Source: Candidatus Hydrogenedentota bacterium
GTDB taxonomy: Bacteria > Hydrogenedentota > Hydrogenedentia > Hydrogenedentales > SLHB01
Direction: 5' to 3'
DNA: 64,000 nucleotides
Assembly (NCBI GenBank): GCA_963668025.2
Contig: CAXXTH010000018.1
Coordinates: forward strand, 320,001-384,000
Numbering within the stretch: the stretch's first letter is position 1; each line of letters begins with the position of its first letter. Below the pieces are notes generated by a model that was not told the DNA's origin, did no database searches, and worked only from the letters and a program-made list of their open reading frames with translations. Positions 50,660 to 59,472 of the stretch are shown here, in pieces. Both the position numbers and the translations under genes were made by a program.

Positions 50660-51820
50660 TCAAGGCGCTGGATAAGACGCCTCGACCGATATGTGTTCCG
50701 GATGGGCCTGAAACGGCACATAGTCATTCATTTTGATGTGGACATAGGGACGGCGGTACGCGCATTCCGTGGCGTCTTTTGCATAAGCCGCCCAGCATTC
50801 GAGGGCGGTGGCGTCATACACCACATTCAACAGATTCCCGCCCAGCGAGCCAATCGCCTTGGATAGCTGGATCATGGCGTCCGCATCATACTCACCTTGA
50901 TAGGCATTCATATGGGCATACGCGATTGGATTGCGCCCGCCCGCTTGATACACCATATTCGGAAGGATATTCGGCGCGAGCTCATCCGTGGGATCATTGT
51001 CTTTCCAGATATCCAACTCCGGCGCATACGAGCGGATTTTGACGGCGGCGGGAGCCTGCCCATCGCCAAAAACAAAATAGTACCGCTTAATGCGCTTAGC
51101 GGCCTTCAACTGGCTCTCCGCCTCGTCCAGGCTATGCGCGTCATACAAAATGTCCCGGAACAAGCTCATGAAATGAGCGCCATCCAAATTATATGGATAT
51201 TCGCTTTCGGGTGAATCTCCGATCTCCGAAAGCGATATGCCCTCGGCGTTCATCCCCGTGTTCGCCCCAATGATCCCCGCGAAGGAAATGCTCATATGGG
51301 GAATGCCTTCTTTCGGGATGTAAACCACCACCACGGGGAAATCCTGCAAACGCGCGTCCACCGTATAATCGAGATTGCGGATTTGGTACAGATGGCCATT
51401 CTTCGCCGCTTTACCCCATACGGCGGCGGCGCTGCAAGAAAAGGGGCTTATAACCGGTATCATATGCGCGCGGCGAACGGTGTCAAACGGCAGGCCCGAA
51501 CCTTCCGCCATACCTTTCATTTCCTCGATATACCGGGGCGTCATGTATTTGGAGGCCGAATCCCATGCCTTGTCCAATTCCGCGTCACTGAAGCGTTCAT
51601 CAATGCGTTGCGCCGCTTGCAAATAGGCGGGAACCAAGGCCTGTATTTCCGCACGCATCAGCGCGCCCAGCGCCACGCCCATTTCGTGAGGCTCGCCGGT
51701 GAGCACGGCTACTGGAATCCGGTCATCCCCTTCGCCCACCGAAGTGCGGTATCCATCGGCTCCCGCGAAACGGCACAATACAAACAACGCTAACCACACC
51801 ACGAAATACTTGTTTTTCAT
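50660..51820 (-). CDS. C45 family Ntn hydrolase (secreted)
   Basis: EEMKGMAEGSG, nucleophile CS, RNLDY, GMNAEG. Confidence 0.85.
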   Translation of the reverse strand: MKNKYFVVWLALFVLCRFAGADGYRTSVGEGDDRIPVAVLTGEPHEMGVALGALMRAEIQALVPAYLQAAQRIDERFSDAELDKAWDSASKYMTPRYIEEMKGMAEGSGLPFDTVRRAHMIPVISPFSCSAAAVWGKAAKNGHLYQIRNLDYTVDARLQDFPVVVVYIPKEGIPHMSISFAGIIGANTGMNAEGISLSEIGDSPESEYPYNLDGAHFMSLFRDILYDAHSLDEAESQLKAAKRIKRYYFVFGDGQAPAAVKIRSYAPELDIWKDNDPTDELAPNILPNMVYQAGGRNPIAYAHMNAYQGEYDADAMIQLSKAIGSLGGNLLNVVYDATALECWAAYAKDATECAYRRPYVHIKMNDYVPFQAHPEHISVEASYPAP

Positions 51821-52102
51821 TCGCCTTCCTCCTAGCTCATATGAAAACACGATACCATAATAATGATCACTAGAGCATGTTAATTGAATATTCCTACAAT
51901 TGCATACTGAGTACATAAGAGCAGCATCGACCGATCAATCTACGCAAGCGAGTCGTGGCCGCTCGCATGAAAGACGGCCTATCCATGGGACAGCTAGCGG
52001 AGCGGTTACGGCAACAATTGTTTTATAACTATAACCCATGTTAGCATAATGTGTTTAATAAGGAAACTTAATAAGGCGCTCTTAACATAGGACATTTATA
52101 CT

Positions 52103-53140
52103 ATGGCGTATAAATACATTTTTAGAAATATTTGTTTTACATGGCTGTTATTATGTCCAATTCCCGCATTAGCTGATGATGGCGTAAGCATTTTGTCCCA
52201 ATGCATTGAGCGGGAAGACTCCATGGCTTCTGGGCATTTGGAATTCGAGTGCAACCTCAAAGACGCCACCGGTAATGTATTGGAGCAGTTATACATTTAC
52301 TTTGAGTGGTCTATTGAAGGGCGATGCAGAATTGGCTACACGAAAGAAGCCCCTGATCAATTTTACGTATCAGATGGCGCTAACACTTTCTGTACCGAAG
52401 AGCTGCGTAATAGAATGTTTACTTTTCTAAAACCATTATTGGACAAAGATGAGATTGGAAAGGCGAATGCCCATACCGCACTCCAGTTTGTTATTTTACG
52501 AGACTTTCTGCCTTTTTCAAACACAATTATGATAGTGAATGTAGGTGCTTACCCGACCTATACGACTCTAGATTGGATTTTATCTTCTTATTCGGTGTAT
52601 CAAGCCGAAGATGAATCAATAAAGGAAAAAGCACAAGCCGAAGCTACATTAATATTTGAACATAAAGAGTGGTCTGGTTTGAAAAAGTTATACGAAATTG
52701 ATGTTCAACATCATCTTCCCACTGGTGAGTGGGATATAAGTGACTTTAGAGAAGAGCCTTTCCTTTTTCGCAGATGGATAGGCTCTGTACAAGTTAGTGA
52801 CATATGGATTCCTGAACGGGTAGAGAATCATCTCGAAACTGGATTTGAATATAGTTTTACTCTTTTACCTGAAAAATCCTGGATTGGTGATATTGATCCT
52901 TCTTGTTTCGAGCTTCCCAAAAAGGGAAAAGGCTATTACGCCCCTCTCCTTTCTGAGGAAGAATATTCTTCTGAAAGCCATATCCATGCCTTAATACGTT
53001 CAATTAATCATATGCTACCAATAATGGTATATATTTCCTTGATTATCCTTCTCATCTTCCTTGTCTTTGTACTTATATGGCTCAACAAGAAAAAAACAAA
53101 TATCGGTAAGGAGTTTGTTGATGAGCAAAGAAATAGGTGA
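52103..53140 (+). CDS. Low-GC exported protein with C-terminal TM anchor
   Basis: Signal peptide, C-terminal TM + KKK; AT-rich relative to flanks. Confidence 0.7.
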   Translation: MAYKYIFRNICFTWLLLCPIPALADDGVSILSQCIEREDSMASGHLEFECNLKDATGNVLEQLYIYFEWSIEGRCRIGYTKEAPDQFYVSDGANTFCTEELRNRMFTFLKPLLDKDEIGKANAHTALQFVILRDFLPFSNTIMIVNVGAYPTYTTLDWILSSYSVYQAEDESIKEKAQAEATLIFEHKEWSGLKKLYEIDVQHHLPTGEWDISDFREEPFLFRRWIGSVQVSDIWIPERVENHLETGFEYSFTLLPEKSWIGDIDPSCFELPKKGKGYYAPLLSEEEYSSESHIHALIRSINHMLPIMVYISLIILLIFLVFVLIWLNKKKTNIGKEFVDEQRNR

Positions 53141-53214
53141 AGAAGAGATATTGAAACAAAAACCTTTGTAACAATTTAGCCCCGTGGTGAAGAACGGCCG
53201 GTGGACGGTTATTA

Positions 53215-53346
53215 TCAACGCAGAGGCGCGGAGAACGCAGAGATCCGCAAAGTAGAAAAATACTCTCGAACCGCTTATTCGCACATTCGAGAATAGAGAA
53301 AAGTGGATCTCTGCAATACTTTGCTTTCTCCGCGCCTCTGCGTTGA
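53215..53346. repeat. Palindromic AACGCAGAG-family repeat element
   Basis: TCAACGCAGAGGCGCGGAGAA ... TTCTCCGCGCCTCTGCGTTGA. Confidence 0.75.
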
Positions 53347-53393
53347 AAATGACTCAATTCAAGGCAGGCAAACAAGGCTGCCCGAATTAATCT

Positions 53394-53460
53394 CTTTGTG
53401 TCTTCGTGTCTTTGTGGTGAATCTTCCGGATGCTTCACCACAAAGACACCAAGGCACAAG
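53394..53460. repeat. Palindromic CACCACAAAGACAC-family repeat
   Basis: GTGTCTTTGTGGTGAA ... TTCACCACAAAGACAC. Confidence 0.75.
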
Positions 53461-53580
53461 GAAGCTCACCCGCACATTTGACGATGAAAAGAACAATAAA
53501 AAGTGATCTTGCCACCTCATGTGGCTATTCTACATCCACTCACCGCGATGGCGCTGGAAATGTGATGATAGGGAAGCGGC

Positions 53581-55254
53581 ATGAGAAGAAGAACCTTTCT
53601 TAGACAGACAATGGGAACGGCCTTGGGTGCAGCCTTGGGTGGAGGATGCACAACGCCGTTCACACGCCCGCCTCTCCCCACAGACGCCAGCCCTTCCGCA
53701 ACCGTGCAAACCCACACTGGAGTTGGCCCCATGGAAAAACCCAACATACTTTTCATTATGACGGACCAGCAGCGCTTTGACACTATCGCCGCGCTGGGAA
53801 ACGTCCACATCCACACGCCCAACCTCGACCGCCTGGTGCGCCGGGGCGTTTCATTCACAAACGCCTACTCGACCTGCCCTGTATGCGTGCCCGCCCGATA
53901 TACCGTACGAACGGGCTGCGAACCGCCCACCACCCGGGTCTTCACCAATGCCTTATCCCGCCCAGCACAAGGCCAGGCGGATACGATGAACGGGCGGTGC
54001 GGGCCCTATCTGGCGGAGCGCATGCGGCAGCTTGGCTACCGCACATTCGGCATCGGGAAGTTCCATACCGCGCCATGGGACGAGGAACTCGGATACGATG
54101 TTCATCTCCACAGCGAGGAACTCTATGAAACGCCCGAACAACGGAAACGCGATGCTTTCGCGGCGTGGATCGCACGGGAACATCCCGAGTACGATTTCAT
54201 CGAGGCCCTCATGGGCGAGCGGACGGAAATGTATTACATGCCGCAAATGAGCCCCATGCCGGCGTCTTGCACGGTGGAATCCTGGGCGGCGGACCGCGCC
54301 ATCGAGCAAATTCAGGCCCAGCAGGACGGCCGCCCCTATTTCGGCTTCGTGTCTTTTATCGGCCCCCATCCTCCATTCGCCCCGCCCCTCCCCTTCAACC
54401 GCATGTATGATCCCGACCGGATGCCCACTCCCATATGCGGCGCGCTCGATACGGACCATATGGATGAGCAGATTCCATGGATGAATTGGATCATCTGGGC
54501 CGAGGACATCCCGCCTTCCATCGCTCGCGTGCTCAAAGCGCGGTATTACGGCGAGATCAGTTATATCGACGCTTGCATCGGGCGGATTCTCGATGCCGTG
54601 GAAGCCCAGCCAGACGGCGAAAACACCGTGCTCTGCTTTTTCGCGGATCATGGCGACCATCTGGGCGATCACCACGCTTGGCAAAAAGAGAGCTTCTTCG
54701 AAGCCTCGTGCCACATTCCCTTCCTCGTGAGCTGGCCAGGCCGCTTGCCTGCCGATAGCCGCCGGAACGATCTTGTGTGCCTCACGGATCTCTTCGGCAT
54801 CGCCACCCATGCAGCGGGAGCTGCTGAAGTGCGGGAAGGAATGGACGTGCTGGCTTTGTTGGACGGCGCGGCCTCTCCAAGGGAACACTTGGCGGCGCTG
54901 CATGGAGAACCTGGAACTGCCTTCTTCAAGCTCATGCTCCGGGAAAGCGCATGGAAATATATCTATATGGCCAATGGCGGGCGAGAGCAGCTATTCAATT
55001 TGGAGCAAGATCCGCATGAATGGGCTAATCTGGCCGGCAGCCATTCATCAAAGGCGGCGGCTCTGCGTGCGCTGGCTGCCGCCGCGTGCAGCGTGCCGGG
55101 AGCGCAGGACGCACTGGATAACGGCGTATTCCGGGCTTTCCCCTATACGGCATGGCCGCGCACCCGTGTCTATCAGTTCGACCACTCGCGCGGCGTAACG
55201 GGATTTCCAGAGCGCCCAGGAGATGTTCTGCCGCTAGAAAGGAATTCTCTATAA
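53581..55254 (+). CDS. Sulfatase (Cys-type, Tat signal)
   Basis: RRRTFL; PNILFIMTDQQR; CVPAR; GKFH; DHG. Confidence 0.93.
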   Translation: MRRRTFLRQTMGTALGAALGGGCTTPFTRPPLPTDASPSATVQTHTGVGPMEKPNILFIMTDQQRFDTIAALGNVHIHTPNLDRLVRRGVSFTNAYSTCPVCVPARYTVRTGCEPPTTRVFTNALSRPAQGQADTMNGRCGPYLAERMRQLGYRTFGIGKFHTAPWDEELGYDVHLHSEELYETPEQRKRDAFAAWIAREHPEYDFIEALMGERTEMYYMPQMSPMPASCTVESWAADRAIEQIQAQQDGRPYFGFVSFIGPHPPFAPPLPFNRMYDPDRMPTPICGALDTDHMDEQIPWMNWIIWAEDIPPSIARVLKARYYGEISYIDACIGRILDAVEAQPDGENTVLCFFADHGDHLGDHHAWQKESFFEASCHIPFLVSWPGRLPADSRRNDLVCLTDLFGIATHAAGAAEVREGMDVLALLDGAASPREHLAALHGEPGTAFFKLMLRESAWKYIYMANGGREQLFNLEQDPHEWANLAGSHSSKAAALRALAAAACSVPGAQDALDNGVFRAFPYTAWPRTRVYQFDHSRGVTGFPERPGDVLPLERNSL

Positions 55255-55260
55255 GATATC

Positions 55261-55345
55261 CACCACAAAGACACCAAGGCGCAAAGAGATTTTAGGCAAA
55301 CGACTACGCGCAATAATATCTTTGTGTCTTAGTGTCTTTGTGGTG
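55261..55345. repeat. Palindromic CACCACAAAGACAC-family repeat between convergent genes
   Basis: CACCACAAAGACAC ... GTGTCTTTGTGGTG. Confidence 0.75.
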
Positions 55346-55363
55346 AATAGAAAAACCGCCCAC

Positions 55364-56539
55364 TTACAACTCCGGGCCCGCCGGAAAAAATTCCAATGCA
55401 TCGCCGGGCGAATCTTCCAGCGTCGTATGGTGCAGCGTCACGGTAAAGGTGCTGCCCGCATCGGGCACGCTACGCACTTTGATATCTCCATTATAGAGAA
55501 TCGCCAATTTCTTCAGGATAGAAAGGCCCAGGCCGCTGCCCAAAATGCCGGAAGTCTTTTCGTTTTTGATGCGCACAAAGTCTTGAAAAAGCCGCGCCGT
55601 ATCTTCGGGAGACATGCCGATGCCTGTATCGCTCACGGCGATAATGGCTCCCTTGTCTTGTTGCCGCACCTTCACATCGACACGGCCGCCATCGCGGTTA
55701 TATTTCACCGCATTGGTTAGCAAGTTATTAAAAATGATCTCGATCTCGCCGCGATCCGCTGTCATGACCACCGGCTCGGGGCAATCGAGATTCACAAGTA
55801 TCGACCGCGTTTGCGCTTCCGGCAGGACACTGTCAATCGCCATCTTCGCCACATCAAGAAGATCCACTTCCACGAGTTCGCGGCGTTTTTGCCCCGACTC
55901 GATGCGTGTCAAGTCGAGCAGATCATTGATCATCTTGCGCATGCCGCCAATACGAATGACACAGCGGCCGATGATCTCTTCGATCGTTTTCGGGTCCGTG
56001 ACCGTGCCCGCATGCATCACATTCAGATAGCCTTCAATAGCGTTAATGGGCGACTTAAGCTCGTGGGCCACCACGCGGATAAATTCGAAGCGCACACGGC
56101 GCTTCTCTTCGGCCAGCTTTCGGGCTTGCCGCGTGATAATGAGATGCTTGGCCGCTTTGGCCACCGTAGCCTTGAGTTCCGCCGGGGTGAAGGGCTTGGG
56201 CAGGAAATCATACGCTCCCTGCTTCGTGGCCCGCACGGCGGTCTCGATCGAGGCGTAGGCCGTGATCATGACCGTCATCATATCGAGCGGCTTTGAAGCC
56301 AATGCATCGAGCACATCAAGGCCGCTCATGCCCGGCAATTTATGATCGAGCAGCAGGATTTGAGGCGGCGAAGCCTCGATCTTCTCGAGCGCGATCTCGC
56401 CGGTTTCCGCTTCATCCAGCGAGAACGCCACTTCGCCAGCCACTTCCGGCACATCCACAGTGAAATTCCGCAAGGCGCGCGATACGCCCATGCGCATCCC
56501 CGGCTCATCATCACATACCAAGACCCGGAGTGTCTCCAA
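55364..56539 (-). CDS. Receiver-histidine kinase hybrid
   Basis: REC (CDDE, LLD, KPF) + HELKSP, NAVKYN, DTGIG, GSGLGL. Confidence 0.92.
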   Translation of the reverse strand: METLRVLVCDDEPGMRMGVSRALRNFTVDVPEVAGEVAFSLDEAETGEIALEKIEASPPQILLLDHKLPGMSGLDVLDALASKPLDMMTVMITAYASIETAVRATKQGAYDFLPKPFTPAELKATVAKAAKHLIITRQARKLAEEKRRVRFEFIRVVAHELKSPINAIEGYLNVMHAGTVTDPKTIEEIIGRCVIRIGGMRKMINDLLDLTRIESGQKRRELVEVDLLDVAKMAIDSVLPEAQTRSILVNLDCPEPVVMTADRGEIEIIFNNLLTNAVKYNRDGGRVDVKVRQQDKGAIIAVSDTGIGMSPEDTARLFQDFVRIKNEKTSGILGSGLGLSILKKLAILYNGDIKVRSVPDAGSTFTVTLHHTTLEDSPGDALEFFPAGPEL

Positions 56540-56543
56540 GGCG

Positions 56544-56939
56544 TCAGTCCTTTACAAGCCGGTTAATCTCACGCAGCAGTTGCTCGAACCGGACCGGCTT
56601 ATCCAGCATGGCGTCCGCTTGAATCCACGATTTTTCTTCCTTGGTCGAGGCATCGAATTCAATACCCGTCTCACTGGCCACGCCCGTGACAATGATGACC
56701 GGAATCGTGGGGTCTTTCTTCTTGATTTCGCGGCTGAGGGCGAAACCGGAATCCACTTCTTCCATCATCAAATCCACAATGGCGAGGTCAATGGCATTGG
56801 ACGCCAACTGCCTCCGGGCTTTCTCATGCGTTTCCGCTTGAATGACCTCGAAACCCGCGGCTTCGAGCTGCATTTTCTGTTGAAACAAGAAATCCGGATC
56901 ATCGTCAGCGATTAGCACTTTTTTCTTTACATTAGCCAT
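56544..56939 (-). CDS. Single-domain response regulator
   Basis: ADDD, DLMM, KP. Confidence 0.9.
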   Translation of the reverse strand: MANVKKKVLIADDDPDFLFQQKMQLEAAGFEVIQAETHEKARRQLASNAIDLAIVDLMMEEVDSGFALSREIKKKDPTIPVIIVTGVASETGIEFDASTKEEKSWIQADAMLDKPVRFEQLLREINRLVKD

Positions 56940-57035
56940 GTTCTGAATTCCTACTTCATCGTTCCATGCGTTAATTGATACATAGTAGCGCGTTGAAGCG
57001 CGCTAAACCAAATAACTTCAAAATAACCTTACCGC

Positions 57036-59027
57036 TCACCTGGGCAGCGACACCGTGAACGTAGCGCCCGTAGGGCCTTCCGCTGGGTCGTCATTCGACT
57101 CCACGCTGATGCTGCCACTGTGCATTTTGACAATCCCATAGGTCACGGCCAAACCGAGGCCGGTGCCCTTTCCTGCTTCCTTCGTGGTGAAGAAAGGCTC
57201 AAAGATCTTGTCCCGTATCGATTTTGATATGCCAGTTCCCGTGTCGCTCACACTGATCTTTAGCTGGCTTTCCGTTTCAAATGTCCGGACGGCCACTTTC
57301 CCGCCATTTGGCATCGCTCCATAGGCATTGCCAATGAGATTGGTAAGCACCTGCAACATCTGGTCCCGGTCAAGCGAAACCGGCTCATCACTGGCTTCAT
57401 ATTGCACCGAGACTTCGATGTTTCCCGGCGCGGGACACGCCTTGACCGCGCGCTCCACCAAATCCCGCACATCCGCCAGCGTGCGCTCCACTTTATTCTG
57501 GCGCGCGAAATGGAGCAATCCCGCCACGATTTTTTTACACCGATCGGCCTGCTCGGTGATCATTGTAATGTCGTCTTGGATCCCTTCGTTCTCGCTATTG
57601 TCTTCCCGAAGCAAGTGCGCATACATGAGCACCACCCCGAGCGGATTATTCAATTCATGCGCAATGCCCGCAGCGAGCTGGCCCATCGTGGCCAGTTTCT
57701 CCGAATGCATAAGCGCCTCTCGCGTTTCGGCCAGCTTATCCTTCGACACCGTCAAATCCTGCATCGTACGACGCAGTTGATCAATGGTGTATGGCAAGCA
57801 CATCTCCGTTTCCGCCAAACCTTTATAAATGGCCATGGCATGCTCCCGGCATGTCTCATAGCCGCAAGCGCCGCAATTCAATTCGTCGCCCAGGCGGTGC
57901 TTGCCCATGCGCTGCAAAATCGCCTGAAGCTGTTCCTCTGAAGGCACTGCAATGCGCTGATCATCCGGCACATAGCTTCGGCTCAAATCCAGATCCGCGA
58001 AGCGCTCCATGTTTTTCTGCCATGCCTCATGATCAAATGAAGCAAGCTGCTCCCGGACATATTTGCTGACTTTGCTGCGGCGGCTAAAAAGCGACTCGCG
58101 CCGGCTGATGCCAGGGCCATTGATGCAACCCGTACATGCCAGCACTTCAAGCAATTCCGCATCCATATGGCCGGATTCAAATTCATCAATCGCCTCCACA
58201 AAGGCGCTGCGGCCATCGGCGGCCACGACTCGGCCATCCGCCAGATCTTCTCCTATCTGGGCTGCTTGCAAAATCCCTCGATTAATAGCAAACAACCCCC
58301 CTGCCCCGCCATGCGGCGGATCGAACGGGGCCGCCTTGACTTTATCCGGGGTTATGCCCAGTTCGCGAAACATGCGGCGCAGCTCGATAAACGTCAGCCC
58401 CGCTTCCACTTCGCCATCCAACGTATCGCTGACTAACTCGCCTTTTTTGGCGACGCATGGGCCAATAAACACGGTCTTCACCTTTGGCCCATACATCGCC
58501 CTCAGCGCACGCGCCAGCGCGATCATGGGCGACACAATCGGCGCCAGCGACGCGACGATGTCGGGGTGATACCGCTCCACATACGCCACAATGGCCGGGC
58601 AGGTCGTCGCGATATACCGCTTTCCGTTATTATTTTCCAGCAGCAAGCGATACCGCTCGGCCACCAAATCCGCTCCGAAAGAGACTTCATGCACATGGCT
58701 GAACCCGAGGGCGCGCACCATGCCCACAAATTTCTCGGTAGTCAAGTCCGTAAATTCTGCTGGAAAGCTTGGCGCAACCATGGCCGCCACGGGCGATGGC
58801 GACGCAAGCAAAAGCGCGACCTCCACCGTACTGTCATACATCTGCTTCGCGCGCTGGCTGCACACCCGCACGCAATTGCCGCATGCAATACACCGCTCCG
58901 CGACCACCTTGGCCTGGCCATCCGCTATGCGAATGGCCTTGGCCGGGCATTCCCGCACACAGGTGTAGCACATGCGGCACTTCTCGCCGATGGTGGTGAT
59001 GAGCGGTATGTCGGCGCCTTGTTTCAT
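57036..59027 (-). CDS. Histidine-kinase-linked sensory [FeFe]-hydrogenase (group C1-like)
   Basis: 2x[4Fe-4S]; variant H-cluster motifs ATTCPA, GPCVAKKGE, EVLACTGCING; FeS LNCGACGY..C; HELNNP, HATPase. Confidence 0.88.
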   Translation of the reverse strand: MKQGADIPLITTIGEKCRMCYTCVRECPAKAIRIADGQAKVVAERCIACGNCVRVCSQRAKQMYDSTVEVALLLASPSPVAAMVAPSFPAEFTDLTTEKFVGMVRALGFSHVHEVSFGADLVAERYRLLLENNNGKRYIATTCPAIVAYVERYHPDIVASLAPIVSPMIALARALRAMYGPKVKTVFIGPCVAKKGELVSDTLDGEVEAGLTFIELRRMFRELGITPDKVKAAPFDPPHGGAGGLFAINRGILQAAQIGEDLADGRVVAADGRSAFVEAIDEFESGHMDAELLEVLACTGCINGPGISRRESLFSRRSKVSKYVREQLASFDHEAWQKNMERFADLDLSRSYVPDDQRIAVPSEEQLQAILQRMGKHRLGDELNCGACGYETCREHAMAIYKGLAETEMCLPYTIDQLRRTMQDLTVSKDKLAETREALMHSEKLATMGQLAAGIAHELNNPLGVVLMYAHLLREDNSENEGIQDDITMITEQADRCKKIVAGLLHFARQNKVERTLADVRDLVERAVKACPAPGNIEVSVQYEASDEPVSLDRDQMLQVLTNLIGNAYGAMPNGGKVAVRTFETESQLKISVSDTGTGISKSIRDKIFEPFFTTKEAGKGTGLGLAVTYGIVKMHSGSISVESNDDPAEGPTGATFTVSLPR

Positions 59028-59059
59028 AGGGTTTAGGGTCTAGGGTTTGGGGTTTAGGG
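59027..59059 (+). repeat. Heptamer repeat arm (TAGGGTY)x4.7
   Basis: TAGGGTT TAGGGTC TAGGGTT TGGGGTT TAGGG. Confidence 0.9.
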
Positions 59060-59430
59060 ATTCTTGCGCCATGAAGCATCAAGTGCTTGGCGTAAACCCG
59101 TTAGCATTTTACCTACCTCTTGGACAGCATCCCATACTGCCAGCACATCATCACGCCGTATATACTCTAGGCGAACAGTTATAGTAATCAGCGTTTCAAG
59201 TTCAGCCAGCGAACCTTGCGCATGGACAGATGATGCAAATAATCTCCCCGGTGCGTCCGGCCATACCCTTCTGCAATATTAGTGGGTATTGACACCACAG
59301 CCCGTTGTATCTGGCTTACCAACCCATATCGTTCTTCCACGGGCAATTGGCGGGAAAGGTGGTACATTTGCACCACCAAATCCATCGCCTTTTGCCAAAC
59401 ATCCAGTTCTCTATAACTACGCAGAGGCAT
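59054..59430 (-). pseudogene. Four helix bundle protein (23S rRNA IVP / Avd-like), 1-nt frameshift near 59221
   Basis: YRELDVWQKAM...EERYGLVSQIQRA.VSIP.NIAEG; continues in another frame AQGSLAELET...GKMLTGL to TAA 59054. Confidence 0.85.
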
Positions 59431-59439
59431 TTCACGCCT

Positions 59440-59472
59440 CCCTAGACCCTATACCCTAGACCCCAGACCCTA
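59440..59472 (-). repeat. Inverted heptamer repeat arm
   Basis: Minus strand TAGGGTC TGGGGTC TAGGGTA TAGGGTC TAGGG; 28/33 match to the other arm. Confidence 0.9.

Noticed and set aside
53215-53460. Possible CRISPR array
   Set aside because: Repeats are inverted pairs without regular repeat-spacer period; no cas genes
59054-59430. Diversity-generating retroelement suggested by Avd-like fold
   Set aside because: No reverse transcriptase or TR/VR pair in the window
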